Source of the DNA: Takakia lepidozioides
Lineage: Eukaryota > Plantae > Bryophyta
Length of the DNA: 64,000 nt
Reading direction: 5' to 3'
NCBI GenBank assembly: GCA_030704615.1
Contig: CM060731.1
Location: 46,686,001 to 46,750,000, forward strand
The position numbers and the translations under genes are program-made. The notes under the pieces were generated by a model that was given only the letters and a program-made list of their open reading frames with translations, made no database searches and had not been told where the DNA came from. Shown one piece after another: positions 35,784-50,400 of the stretch (within the stretch, counting starts at the first letter, position 1; each line of letters opens with the position of its first letter).

Positions 35784-36900
35784 TCACAGCTTACCTATCA
35801 AAGCAGCCATGTGAGCATCCATGCTATGAAATAAAGAATTCGTGTCTTTGAAACTAGCTACCAACTCTTTGCTGTTTTTCACCATGTCACAGAACATGGT
35901 TGACAAGTTATCGATGGATCTGTTCTTTGCATGTCGAGGGTTTATTGGCTGCAAGGTAGGCTTTACATTTGCAGCCTCAGCATTTAAGTCTTCACATTCT
36001 CTATGTCTGGAATCAGGGTTTTCCAGATCTTCTCCTGCGGATGCAAAAGCATGGTTCTTAACACGGGCTCTATCTTCATGCCACATATCCATTGCATAAA
36101 ATAAAACACATGATTGCTTCCGATTATGGCCTGACTGACTATTGGCACGCTTGTCCTCCTTGTACTCAGCATATAGTGTGCCATACTTCTTCCTGCAAGC
36201 CTCTGCTGTTTTGGAAAATCCTCTACAGCTTGAAACCAGCCTGATATGCAGCTTTATCCACGTATCAACTCCTGTGACAAAAAGAAAACACAATAAAGCA
36301 TGAAAGTGTTTTGTAGACCTCAACGAAGACAATGTAAACCTCATGAAACACATAAAACCAGCAAAGTAGAACTTGACCAATTGAGAAGACAAAAATCTGA
36401 ATAACAGAAAAAGAATTACATACCTTGTTTCTTAGCATTTCTCATAAACTCCTCGTTCATCTTTCCCCTCAGGCTGATCAAAGTCTCAACTTGTGCATCT
36501 GTCCAATTTGCCCCTCGTTGAGACTCCACTTTCTTCTCTCCTTTGCTTTTCTTCCTAGGCTTTGACTTCGGAAGTGACACTCTAACCACCTCAGTAATAT
36601 CTTCCAAGTCAGAAACAAGAGGAGTGGCTGCAGATCGCCCCTTCTTCTTGGGCTTAGGAAGCTGAGGGAGTTCGGGCAATTCAGTAAGACCTGCTTCCAT
36701 GTCATGGTGGACAGAAGTGGTTACAACTCTTACAGAGCCTCTTGGGGCAGAAGCAGGATAGTGCGCCGCTCCAGTAGGTTGAGATTCCAAAACAACAAGG
36801 GCTGGGGCCCTTCTTACAAGTTGCTTCTTAACAGGTCCTGCAATCATTTCATCAAAATTATCACCATCTTCAACAGGAATAGGTCCCATTGAATGAAGCA
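35784..36900 (-). CDS. Myb/SANT-like trihelix DNA-binding protein (intron 36272-36423), probably transposon-associated
   Basis: NWTDAQVETLISLRGKMNEEF...KQG / VDTWIKLH...KTAEACRKKYGTLYAEYK...LFYAMD, then a C-terminal coiled coil. The splice is in phase. The start is uncertain. Confidence 0.8.
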
Positions 36901-38486
36901 AGATGACCTCCTGGCATACATGGGCAATATGGGTGGAACTGAGGCGATGACTCTGAATCCACCCTAAATTCTCCAACCTGAGGTACTGACGTTGAGAAGG
37001 TAGGATGAAGACATGACTCAATAGTATGTGACATTGCCAAAGTTTGCAAAGATTTCGTTCCAAGAAAGAACGATGAGGAAACGATGCAACCACAATCACT
37101 ACAGTCCAATGACAAAATGCACAAAGCAACTCTAAATTTGTAATCACAGAACCCGTTGTCACTCTTGTACCTTTACATGTGCTTGGAACACAACTCGCAC
37201 TCGGTCTCTCGAGTAGCTTGTCCTTCCTGCTCCATGAAAAATTTCCCTCCAAGTTCTTGAAATGCAAATGACTTCATAACACCAACCCAGCCAACCCACA
37301 ATTCGCCGTCACGCTCATTATTTTCCCTCCAGTCTGCTCCTCCCTCCATCGCAGACTCCACGACTTGCACTCCATCTCCATCGCAGGAAACGTAACCACT
37401 TGGTCGGCGAAACCTCTTGGCCACTCTACCATTCTTGGGATGAGCTAAAAGCTCGGTCTCAGTTTTGGCCGCTCAAAAATGCCACATATGCATCCAGCGG
37501 TGCCACGCAGATTGAGGGTTTTTCATTGACCGGCCATGTCTAAACTATCCACCGGCCAAAACCTGAAACTCGTCCAATCCGCTCGTTTCGGCGCAGTCTA
37601 AACCCGGCCTAACTTAAGTTAGCTTTGTTGGTCCCAAGGGTTCAAGCGAACAGCTTCTCGCTGAATTCCTCAAAAGATTTGTGAAGTGAAGAATTATTTA
37701 GGGAAGAGTGCTCAACGAATCCTGTCCGACACAGCTGCAATTGTTTACTGGGTTGTGTCATTTTTTTCTTCTTCCTGAAGCTCTCGGTCCTCTTCTCTAG
37801 GTGGAGGGGTACACCTCAGGTCAGGCTGAGTGCTCAAGGTGGCTCTTCTTTGCTTGGTTTTCTTTCTTTCAAAGTTGCAGTCTTTGACGGGTTTTCTGCT
37901 TTGTAATGTCGTCATCTCTCTCTTTTCCTCCCTTAAGAGCGCATCTTCTTTGAGAATCTGCAGCCTACAAGTTTATATTTGGTATACGTGTGTGCGCGCA
38001 ACGAGGAAGGACTTCTGGGCATTTTGGTGCTCTCTCTCCTCGTCTTTGTATAGCTGGCACAGCTTCAGGGGCTCCACTAGCATGCCCAATTCTTCTGTTG
38101 AACCTGAGCGACCAATGTTGGGATTGCGTGAGATCTGGAAAGACTCTAGCCCACAGCAAGATGCGATATTTTTGTTGCGAGTGAGGAAGGTTTTGCGCTG
38201 CGTGACAGTGATTTCACCCAACATGTTTTTACTGTAGGTCACCGCTTCGTTTCGTTTTTGGCGGCTGTGCAACTGGAAGCACGAAGAATTCTGCCACAGG
38301 GCGATGGCATTACTTGTAAACTGGAGAATGGAGCAGAAAACATTGCAGCGCTGACTAATTGTTGTTAGCTACATTTATGCATTGGCTGCAAGGTGTGCAC
38401 TAATCGCTGGAATCAAGATTGTGATTCTAGTCTCATTGGAAGGAAGGGTGATGCTGCACACTTGAATAAAAACAGGTGGAACAAGG

Positions 38487-41400
38487 TTGAAAATGGGGTG
38501 CGAGAAAGCCAATTTGGGCTTCAGGGGAGTAAACGGGAGTGTAACTGCTGGATTTGGGAGAGTTACTCCGTCATATGCAAGAATCAGCATGGATTACGGA
38601 AGAGTGTATTTAGGATATGGAAGAAGTAAATCAGGCAGACAGAAAGTAGACGCATTATGGGAGCCAGTGACTTCTACAGATGAGAGGTTGCCACAGGCCT
38701 TTGCAAGAACAGATTTTGAGCATACTTGTGTGAACTTGGCTGGGGATAGAGTAAAGTCGAGCCGTGTTAGAAGTAGTATAGGCAGTCTGGATGTATACAC
38801 GGGTTTAAGCAGGCAAAGGTTAGATGCCAAGAAATTTGATGTCGTCTTGGGGGAAGAGAGTTTTACATCAGGAAGAACAGGAAGATTCCAATGGCAGGGG
38901 GCCAAATCTGCTGTGAGGGGACCACCTCTCTTATGCAGCACAGAGAGTTTCAGTCATGTGGGAGTTGCTGAACTACTGCAAGTCCCTCCTAAAGAGCCAG
39001 CTGGTGCCAAGAGAACTATGTTAGATGTGAAAGTGGGCACCACCTCCAAAACATGTGGGTTGCCTTCCCTTGCTAGTCTTTACCCTTGCTTTCCTTCTCT
39101 GTCTCACTTTCAGTCCCTCCTCCTCCTTCACTCCTGCAGTGTTGCAAACTTCAATCTATCTCTGTTCTGTCACTTTTCTTTCTAACTAGTTCGTGTCAAT
39201 TTTCTGACTGATTGGCTCTTTGCCACCCCCCTCCCCCCGGGGTCCTTCCCCAAGACATACTCTCTCTCTACACCTCACCTTGTTCCCTCTAGTTCCACCC
39301 AAATTGGGTGCAGGGTCTACGGCCACAAGGCTACAGCAGACGATGTCTTATGAGTACATTCTCTACACCACACCTTTGGTCATCTTTGTGCATGCCTTCA
39401 CTTCAATCCTTGTCTGGTTCATAGACCTCAGCCTTCTGAGGACCTCTAGAGATGACCACCTTTCCCCATAGCGAAGCACTAGTGTTTGTTACATTCGGCC
39501 TCTTTCATATTTATTGAGCTTGAAATGCCACTTGCCAAGTTAATGTCACCAAGGAAAGCAGCAAAGTAAATATTAAACCAATCTCATGTATTAGCCGAGC
39601 TCCCTTTGTATCTGCTGACATCCAGTTATATCACCATGTTCCAGTGAAGAGTAGGGTGGTCTCTGTGGGGAGTAGTGCAGTTGTGGAAGACAGCAGTGTG
39701 GCCATATCGCTGCCACTGCGGCTGACAGGGGCCATCACTGTGGAGAGCCTGGGTGTACTGTATGAGGGCCCTGGGGAAGACAAGTACTGGAGTGACAGGT
39801 GATTCTTCAAAACTTCCTCTGAGGTGCTCAAGGACATTGGTGTGGGGAACTGCTGTAACATTCGTTGACTCTGTTTGTGTAATATGTACGCATTTCAACT
39901 GAAAGATAGATACCTCTCAGGCACATGGGATGACTTCAGTTGAACTAGTGAGTTTTGCTGAGAGGTGAACCCATCCTATTTCAGGCCAGGATTTAGGGCT
40001 TAAGACCAGGTGGATGATTCAGTTGGGCCACACCTATCACAGGAATGTGATGCTATCAGCCTGGACACACATCTTCAGTGGTGATCTTGGGGGTTCAGGG
40101 TTCAACAACTGATCTCTAACTTCACTTACATTGCTGTCGTTCTGAGTAATTTGGGGTAACAATTGGCTTACACACAGCAGGTTAGTGGTGTGGCACCCTG
40201 TTCAAGGGAATAATCATGAAGGACTGTTGGAATAGGGGTATAAATCTAGGGAAACTGAGGAATCATGACAAGTATTGTAGCTTGAAGTACTAAAGCCCTG
40301 ACAGGGGTGCTTCTGCCTTAGGTTGCATATAAGAAAGAAACACTCAAATCTTTCTGGTAATTGTAAATTGTTTCAAAATCTATGATCTCCTGAGCCTGAG
40401 TAAATGGTGGGTGTGTTGCCAGTCGTAGTGTATATCGGCATCCATTTCCGGTAGGCTACACAGCTCTGAAAATCTACAAGGGCCTTTTTTTCCGGCAGTC
40501 CATTGAAGCTGGCCCTGATGGACCCGTGTTTGTGGTAAGATCGTTCCCTGCTTTCTCAGTGTCACCAAAGCGACATTTTTTTGGTAGCATTCAGTTGTAC
40601 GATTCATGCGATTTTTGTAGAAGACCTCTCAAGTCCCAGGAGCTTTTGGCTCTCTTGAGATTCACTTGAAGTTCTCAAATGTTTGGATGCTATTTCTCCA
40701 TCATGCTGGGTAGGTGTGCGAGGTGGGAAAGAGGGCGGTTACAGCAGAGAGTCCTGCGAGGGCTTGGGCTCTCGCACTGAAGCAGACTAACCTGGAGGGA
40801 GTACGTATTCATGGACGAAAGCACTTTGGGTTCGACAGTCCAATAATAGCACGCCACCTTTCAAGAATGGAGGATTCTCTGGAAAGAAAGGGGTCCCAGA
40901 AACTCTTAAAAGCAAATAGGAATGAGGGGGTAGGAACAACTGATCAAGATATGGTGGGTGAAATTGAGAGAGAGGGCAGAGATTCATTGGATACAGGAGG
41001 GGAACACCAGTTGGAAGACCAGACACCACCATCGGAACAACGTCTGGGGAGCCACACGGATGTGCCAGGGCTGGGTGGGACACTTTCTTGCAGTGGTGTT
41101 GTGAGAGGTCATATTCGCCTGAGGAGCGGGCTTTTGGCGGACACTTTATCTGGAAAAGTTAAGATTGAATCGTTTCTGGGTCAGGACAATGTGTTTCTTC
41201 GACCACCCACAAAGGCTACTCTTCAGAGGTAGCCCTGTGCTTCTCATGAGAAAAATTCTTACTGTGTTGAAGTCAACATTCCTTGTCACATATTTGTAGA
41301 TTTTCTACATGAAGTAATTCCCTTTCTGGAGGCTCTTTGGTAGACTGTAACACTGTGTCTTATCAGCTACGTGGATGCTGATAATGAGGATTTTTGCAGG

Positions 41401-44400
41401 ACCTTGCATAAGGGGAGCTCTATTCTGGATCCCAAGCGCAGGTCCCAGGAGAAAATTGGAAAGACGCACACAATAGACTCCCATCTACAGAGGTTTGCTC
41501 TGAAAACATCAAAAAGTGCTGCCAGGAATGGAGTGGCACCACTTGATAGCGTTGCAGTGAGAGACACAGAGATTGTCACAGAGAGGAATAGGACCCCTGA
41601 AGTCCCCCTAGGTCCTGTAGAGCACAGTTCCTGGAGGCAGGAGCTCCTTGAGAAGGCAACAGGTGAGATCAATCCACAGAAGAGTGAAGGACCTCGTGTC
41701 CCTCCTGTTGTGAAGCAGATTTACAGCAGTGGCCCACTGAATCGAGCAATTGTGTCCAGGTTCTGGGAAACCCCTCTTACAAAGGAGAGCAAGGGAGTTA
41801 CTTCTCAAGGTCCTCGGTCTCTGGCAAGCATGTTACAGGATTGGAGTAAGAGCAAGAGATGGGAGAGCGTCTTCAATCAGAGACCCTCAATTGACAAGAG
41901 TAGTATCAGGACACTGGTAGATGGACTTTATGGGGGTGAAACAATGGCTGATAGAGAGGTAGACGAATCTATGGGGCCTGCTGAAAATGATTGCACTGGG
42001 AGACCAACGTTAGGGACTCAAGGGAGAAGAGGGATGTTGGCCATTCAACCCTTGGATCAAGGGCGTGGCAGAAAGACTCGTGGGAAGGAGGCAGGTGTTC
42101 AGAATTGGCCGGGGGGCGGTTCGATTAAATATGAAACTCAACGAGTGTTAGGACTTGACCCATCAGAGAAAGGGTCAGACAATGGTGTGGTCACAACAGG
42201 GAAGGGGAAATCACTACTGGCTGAAGAAATACGGCAGTTGATTGTGGACCAGAACTCTGAGGAAGCTCTCTCAGTTCTGAAGCAAACAAAAGAGCCTGGC
42301 AAGAACCCTGATCGGTCCATCCTGGCAGCAGTCTTCCCATTTGAGTTTAACTTTTGGCAGGTGTGAGAGTCTTGGTTCCTCATGGTGTGTGCATTTTCTG
42401 TGCTGATTGCATCTACTTCCTACTCGTCAGCAAGTGGGTACACTAAAGTTTGATTGTATGGAGGAGGGGCTGTTGGATAGGTGTTTTCTTACGTCTGTCC
42501 GAAGACTGGGCTGAATGAAATCCTTCTTGTTTGCAGAAGCAGGCAATGCAATACTTGAGTGAGGGGAGTTCAGTGATGGTGTGTGCAGCCACTGGTGCTG
42601 GGAAGTCAAGTGTTGCAGAGTTTTGTCTTTATGAAACACTGGCTAAGGTACTCAGTTTCTGAACTTTTTGCTCAGAACAGCTGCAATCAGCAACCCAGGG
42701 GCCCGTGAAGATTTTACATTTGATATTCACTGGTAGTTGGCACAAGATAGTTACTGCATGTTTCTGCCCACGAAATATCCATGGTGTTAATTATGAGCTC
42801 CTATAGTTGCACTGATTATTTAACATGACTTCAGTTTTCCGGGAGTGCACTTTTGTCTGTAAACACTGACTAAACTACTCAGTTTGAGAATTGTCTATGT
42901 GCAAGAGCCGCAATCAGGATTAACACAGCCCAGGGGCCTATGAGGATTTTACACCGGATATTCACAAGATCGTTACCGTGCCTTTCTGCCTAGAGTATAT
43001 CCATTGTGTTGACAACGAGCTAAGATAGTTGCACTGATCAAGTTCTAATGTGGCTTGGGGTTTGTGTGGAAGTCTTCTTCTACAGTTCTGTTAAGAAGTT
43101 GCATTGATTAGCCCAAACACCAATTGGTTTTCCGAGTTTCTTGGATGTTGTAGTTATGCCAACAAACAAGATTGCCTGGATGCTACTTATGCAATTTGCT
43201 AATTTTTATGGTGAGCTTGATATGTTGCAATGCAGGACAAGCGCGCATTGCTTGTGACACCCTTTGAAAGTCTGGCTCAGAAAGTCTTCCTCAAGTTTCA
43301 GGTATCTTTATCTCTTCTGGCGATGGTTACTGCAAATTGATATGTATGCTTTGGCGTTGGCCTTCTGGTGTGGCTTGTGGCTCGACCACTCTTCCCTAAT
43401 TTGACGGTACTGTAGATATTTCTCTGGGTGCTCTAGGGCATTTTCCATATTCCTCAAGAAATGAATGAGGGAAATGTTTAGGATAAAACAAGCTTATGTT
43501 GTCCACTGGAAGTCTACGGAGCCCGTGGGATCAAAACAAAGCTCCAAAAGAATATCCATAGTTTGTGCTTGACATTATTGAAAGATGGAGTGCCTGGTGC
43601 AGGGATGCTGGCAAGCACTTCTGGTCCTCAAATTCAAGACCTCTCTTCTACCAGTCTCTTGAAAGACGGAAATATCTTACTCATATTATTCTGGGAATAA
43701 GGGAAAGAATAGCATGCTGGCCAATCTTGTTCTCCTGAGGTCTTGTAGTCAGAGATGCGACTGAGCCTGTCCTAAATATTTCCCTTGTGGATCTACTCCA
43801 TGAGTTGTGTATGCCTGTACATCCTCGATCTCAAGACCCACATGCACGTGCCTTCTGCTAACAGCAAGATTGTTTGTGGTTCTTAAATGAACCTGCTGTC
43901 TGATCTTTTATGAAAACTCCTCCAATCATGTAAGGTGGCGTTGGAGAGAGAGAAACAAATGAATTGAAATGGTACTTCACGAAGGATTTTTTCTGTCCAC
44001 AGGAGGCCCAAGTGAGTTGGTACAAATACAAGAGATCTCCAAAAAACCTCAAACACCATTTACAGACATAGCGCTACATGTTAAACTGCTAAGCACTTTG
44101 GTTTTCAAAGTGGAAGGCCTGTCTGCCAAGGGTAAAGGATCTCATAAAAAAGAGAGATAGCAGATCTTACAGAGAAGATGACATGTATTACTTCCACAGG
44201 AGTGCCCATTGCACTCCAAAGAGCCTATCATAGAGCCCTAAACGTTTCTGGGGAGATAGTGAGTACCTTATGCAGGTAAGAAGAAGCATCTTTCATCCAA
44301 CAGATGAAAGAGAGAGTTCCAGACTTGTTATTTACTAACTTAAGACTCTTTTCCTCAGACAATCTGTGGGAGCAGCCGCGTGGGTTTAGTTTGGGGAGGG

Positions 44401-47400
44401 GATAGGATACGCCCTGGTGCTCCTTTGGTGGTTGTAACATTGGAAGCACTCGTAACGATTCTGCGACAACAATTTGTTTCAAAGGAGGCAGAGAAAGATC
44501 TCCTCGAAGGCATGAGTTTGGTGGTTATGGATAAGTTTGAAACACTTGGAGATGAGGCGTTTGGCTCACTCTGGGAAGAATTACTCCTGCTTGGAAGTCC
44601 TCAGGTATGTCAATCTCCTTCTAGCCTGATGGGGAAAGAGAGGGAGAGAGGACAGGAGGAACTCTGTAATGGCCACAGGAAGTTGTTGGATAAGAGTGTT
44701 GAACAAACACAGGAAAGGGAGATAAAGACCTGATTACATGAAAATCAGGTCATGCTAACTTTGCTGCCAGGCTGACTAGATATTAGTGGTGCTGATGGTG
44801 GTATGACTATTCACCTTTGTCTTCCTGTTTGGGATGCCCTCTGTCATCTTACCCTTGCAAGGGAAGCTTGTCCTTTCCTTCCCACCCCTCAGTCTCATTC
44901 CTGTTCCTGATTGGTCTAAGTCAGGCACAGGTGGGGCCTACAGTCATAAAGTAAGATATAAGTCTCACTGATACATTATTAGCATCTGATGTCACAATGC
45001 TGTAGCAAAATGTTATAGACGTATATCTCTTTGATTGCTTGTTTTTTCCTCGTTTGTGAGAAAAGGTGGGATTGACCGTGTAAATGAAAACATGGATTAC
45101 CAGCCGAAAAAACCTGACCTGAGGGAGAGGGGTTAGACAAACTAGCTTTCTAGAGAAGGAAACCTCACAAAAGGAGGAAAGAGGCAGAACCCATAGACAC
45201 CCATGAAAACACCACCCTCTCCCTCAGTTTCCATTATCTGTCCCTTCTGATGCTGCGAGTTTTCTTATTAAGCTGTTCTGATGTGAGAGATCTATGTTGT
45301 TTTTTTAGGTTGGAGGCTCACAAATGAAGCTGTTGGCATTGTCGTTACCAGCTGAGAATGCAGAGAGTATCGTATCCTGGCTGGATTGTATACATGGTCC
45401 TTGCAAGCTTGTAAGAACCCTTAGCTACTACAGACAATTACTACTTTTCGCAGTAATCTCAAAACTATGTTGTATGTTTTTGTATTGGGTATCCTTGGAA
45501 AGGAAGTTGAAGATTAGGAACATAGAAATAGTTAACTTCGAGTCATAATTCAGAATTGGGCTAGAGTTTGGCAGCCTGCAATTGAGTGGAGTTGAGGTGG
45601 GTAGCCTAGGTACTATTCGGTTACTTTTCTTGGAGTGGACTACTCACATGCAGAGAGAAGAATTGATGAAGATCGTTGGGCTTGGACAGGTGAGCTGTCA
45701 ATCTGAATCTGTACCAAAGACCTACTTTTTTTGTGATCCTTCAGGTATTCTGATTTTCTCGCCTTCTTTTTGTGCTTGGAAGTTCCTGCTTTATAGTCAT
45801 CTTTGTTTAAATATTGCTCCACTTACCTGACCTCCCTTCTCATTCAGAAGTTGTATATCACATGCAAGGAGAGATAGTGTATGCTTTGGATGTGTAGAAC
45901 AATGGGTGAGAATAATGAAATGAAACGAAATGGTACTTTATAACGTCTGCTGGAAGCTCAAAGTGCTTATGGGACAAAGGGGAGAAACAAGAAAGAAGAG
46001 ACAAAACCACAGCCAAAAGCAGCCCAGAAGCACTCATAAGACGGTGTTTGCCGCGTTGTGGCCATTGACCCCACACCCAGTTGAGCGGAACACAAAGGGA
46101 CAGAAACTACCTTGGTCAGGGGCTGACGCTGGTACTAAGACTTACCTTGTAACAGACAATTGACCTGAGTTTTCCAGATATCCTCTAGAAATCCCCAAGC
46201 ATCAATCTGCTGTGTGTGATTTGCCCAACAACTAGGCCCCAAAAGGCCTGGGCTTTTGGCTCAGCCTTGAGCTTTTTAAAGTTGGTCAACAGAGGTACAG
46301 GAACAAATCCCTTGATGGATTTGAAGAGGGCGTCTCTCTGGTGACAGTACCCAGGACAATGAATCAGAAAATGGATATTGTCTTCAGATTGCCCACACAA
46401 TGGGCATTTGTGATCCCCTTTCCTCTCTGCATCCGTTTGCTGTTCAAAGGTAGGCTTCCCGCCCTGAGTTTGAATTTCAGTCTAGTGCCGGGAGTGGGTA
46501 AACGTTTGAGGTCATCCACGATGGCCTCCCCCATGTCACAGTCTGGAAGGTAAGTTTTCTGCCTAACTTCATTTTCATCAGACAATTTCCTGGCAACAGA
46601 TATGGCTTTGGACACTACAGCCTCTAAGTCAGATTTATTGAACAGAGTCACGACTTGCGGGCTTAGATTCAGATCCTTGAAATTCTCTTCGACCCATGTC
46701 CGCCAGGACTTAGCCTGTTTGACAGGGCGATCCTGCTCCCAAGATATAGAGTCAATTAACTTAGGATATCTGATATTAGTCATACGTTGCAGCTGACCCC
46801 ATGATCTGACCTTGAGTTCATCTCGTCGGGAGCTTAAGGGAGGGATGCCAAACTCAAGCCGAACAGCCACATTAGCTGTTTTGGAGCATGTTGACATGCA
46901 TTCCTTGAGCACCCCCACTTGAATGGATTCTAGAGACTTATCCTGCTGGAGTCATCAACCCTCACAGAAGATGCGTACTCCAAGGCAGGCCTAATAATGC
47001 GGCGAAGGATGGATTTTTTGAATTCAGAGTTGATGTAGTGAGACCCAGCGCTTTGCGCTTGCTAGATTGAACGACTTTTTGAATATGCGCATCCCAATTA
47101 CAGTTGGAGGAAAATTAAACGCCAAGGTATGTGTAGGAAGGGAGGACAGGAATCTCTTGGCTTCCCCACTGCCACTTGAGGACGCCTCCTCCCTCCCCTC
47201 AATTGTTGAATGCCACCACTGCGCATTTACTGACGTTAGCTTGTAGTCTGTCAAAGTATCTGTTCGCACAATCAATCAACTCTGGAAGATCGGATGGAGT
47301 CTCCCCCATGCCTGCGAAGTCACCGGGCTGGTATGGTGGCATCACCCACCCTTAACCCAATGCCTGACTTTCCACATCCTCGAGGAGTTGATTGATGAAA

Positions 47401-50400
47401 ACATTGAAGAGCAGAGGGGAGAGGGTACATCCTTGAGCTACACCTTGGTCTATGTCAAAGAAGTTAGACTTCTGTCCATTAAGAGTGACACAGCTTTTGG
47501 TGTGAGCATAAAAGTTATGGACCACTCTCCACATCCTTCCCTTGATCCCAGATGATCAGAGTCGGAGCCATGGATCATCTCTCCACACTGTCTCATAAGC
47601 ATTTTTGACATCCAAGAAAAGACAAAAGTGGGTTTCCCCGTTCCCTGGATAATCTGGCTTAGAGTGAAGATGTGATCCACACAGCCCCTGTTTCTCCAAA
47701 AGCCAGCTTGGCCTTTGTGGAAACAACCTCTAGATTCTAGATCAACCTCGAGACGAGTACTTACAACTATGCAAAATATCTTGCCAACTGCATTGAGAAG
47801 CGTGATGCCTCGGTAGTTCCCCGGCTCTTCTTTGTCACCTTTCTTGTATAGGTTGACAATGACCCCCTGTCAGTGAAAAGGGATCATTTCAGTCCTCCAG
47901 ATAAGGTTAAAGAGAAGTACAAGGGCCTCTATCATGGGGTCGGCACCATGCTTGATAAGCTCATTGACTCCATCAGGTCCACCAGCTTTATATCCATTTA
48001 AATGCTCACTTGCTTCCATAATCTCAGAAGAACCAATTGAAATATATTCCAGTTCATCAGGGCTGTCTTGAATCATAGGAACAGGTTTTTCAACTGTGTC
48101 CTTCCGTTCGTCAGAAGATCCCTCACTGTTAGACCTAGAATTTCTGCCATGGATACTGTAGTGGGTTTCAAAGGTTTTGACAATGTCAACCGTTGAAGTC
48201 ACCACTGCACCCTTTGTAGTCCTAAGCGCTTGTACTTGCTGACAATTATCGGCTTGTACAGACGCTGAAGGGCTTACCAGAATCTCTTGTCATACCACAA
48301 TAGAGGTTTGAGTTTATTGCAGTATATAACTTGTCCCAAGATCATTTCTTCTGAGACCTTTCAAGACGAAAATCTCCCAAGAATCCACCGCTCTTTCGAC
48401 TTCATTTCTTGCATTGCCAGAGCGAGACTGAAGATCTTGGAGTGAATGGACAGTGGGGGAGAGCCTCTTGCAAGGCCTGGACATAATCAACCTTGACCTC
48501 TTCATTTTGGAATTTTCTATGCGCCACCTCCGAATCGAGCGTCTCTCAGTCCAAACCAGGAAGTGGTCAGAGGTACTGATATCAGTTTTGTCGATCAACA
48601 CATTGGCACACTGGGGAAACAAGTTCTTGTCCACTATGATATAATCCACAATGGATCGTTCCCCAGTTTGGGCTTTCTCAGGAGTCCAATGCACTTGGTC
48701 TTCTTTGACCTATTATTCAAGGTCAAAAGCTGAAGTTCTTCCAGACAGTTTATCAACCTTCTTCCATTAGAATTCCGCTCGTCCTCACAAAAAGGCCCAA
48801 TGGTATCTTCCTGGTGAACACCTTTGCCCACCCGGGCATTGAAGTCACCCAATAGGACCACCTGACCTTTGGCGAGGAACATAGCACAGTCCAGCTTAAC
48901 GTCTTCGAAGGCTTTGTGGCTCTACGGGTCCCCTCTGTGGGCATGGAAACACAACAGAGGTCCTTGGTATTCATGCCACCCTTCAGTATCAGTCCCAGCC
49001 AGATACTGTGCTCATACCGCAAACCCTTGTTGATAATTTCACATTTGTCACACAAGAAATCACGGACAAAGAAGCCAACCCCTTTTTGACCACGTTTGGC
49101 AGAGGCCGCCTTAAGAGCACACATCTTACTGAACCACCTACAACCAATGTCATCTCCAACCAGTTTGTCTGAAGTTTCCCATGTTTCTTGCTCCACAATG
49201 AATACCATTGGGCTGAAGAACTTGTCCCACTTCAATTTGTTTCCTTTGGTTAGTCAGCCCTGAGAAGTTGAAAGTGCCCAGCTGCAAGCCAGCCCTTTGC
49301 GTATGGATTGTTTGCCATCTAGGTAGCTTATGGTTGTTCCTGGACGTCCAATTGTTCTGGAAAGGGGGGACAATTACCCCGTATGTAGATTTTGCTCGTC
49401 TTATGTAAACTTTAAGGATTGGCAAATCAGAGTACCATATCCTTCAGTCACACAGCGTTCAGGCTCAGCACAGTTAGGATCATCTAGTCTGTCTGGCTGC
49501 TTGGTGTCAACCTCATCCAAGGCATCAAACCGGTTAGGAACTTCCATGTTGAAGACCTCGCCCTTGGTTGTCGTCCTAGAGCTCCTCACTGAATCACCAA
49601 TGTCTAAGACCGCTCTCCAGCCAGTCAATGGATGACTTTGAGGTTGATATGATGTGAGACTCTATTTGTAGCATTTTTAGACATTGAAACCTTCAAAGTA
49701 CCTCTGTTATCAAGTCTCGAGATGGAGCCATTAGCCACATAATCCAAGCCTAAGCTGGAGCATGTCGTTTTAAGGGACATGTCGTCCATCCTGGGATTCA
49801 CCCCAAAAACTGCACATGAAGCCCTAGATTTGGCATAAGTAACCAATTCCCAGGAATCACCCTCGGGACTGTTGTTATCGACAAGGGATAATATATTGTT
49901 TGATTTTGCAGGCTATAAATTTAAGCACATGGACCAACCGTAGCCCAAGCGCTGAGCATGCTAGACAGAGCATACAACTGCCCATTTTGGGCGGAGGGGC
50001 TGCCCCCAAGCGGTAGGGGTCTGCTTGTCACCATTCAGAGATCACATTCCAGGGAGGTTCAGGGAATGGCCCGTGTAGGCATATTCTAAAGAGGGAGAGG
50101 CCCCAAATTCTCCAACTAAATCCAATGCACTACCTTACCCGAAGCAAAGCGCTTCCGGTCAAAACAAATAAAGACACGAGGTCACAAGGCCAGCATTTAG
50201 TCACAGAGACATTTGTCTAGTCCCAAGAGGGAGAGAATGTACTCATAAGACGGAGTTTGCTGTAGCCTTGTGGCCATTGACCCCGCGCTCAGTTGGAGAG
50301 AGAGAGAGGTCCAAGTTTCTTGGACTTTGTTATGAATTGGGTACGGTATACCGTTGAGCTTTTGATTCTGGGTTGGTTGAGTGTGCAGGGCTACATCCCC

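Noticed and set aside
37640-37655. PIF/Harbinger TIR (reverse complement GCTGTTCGCTTG)
   Set aside because: No partner TIR, no TAA/TTA duplication and no Harbinger transposase were found in the window.
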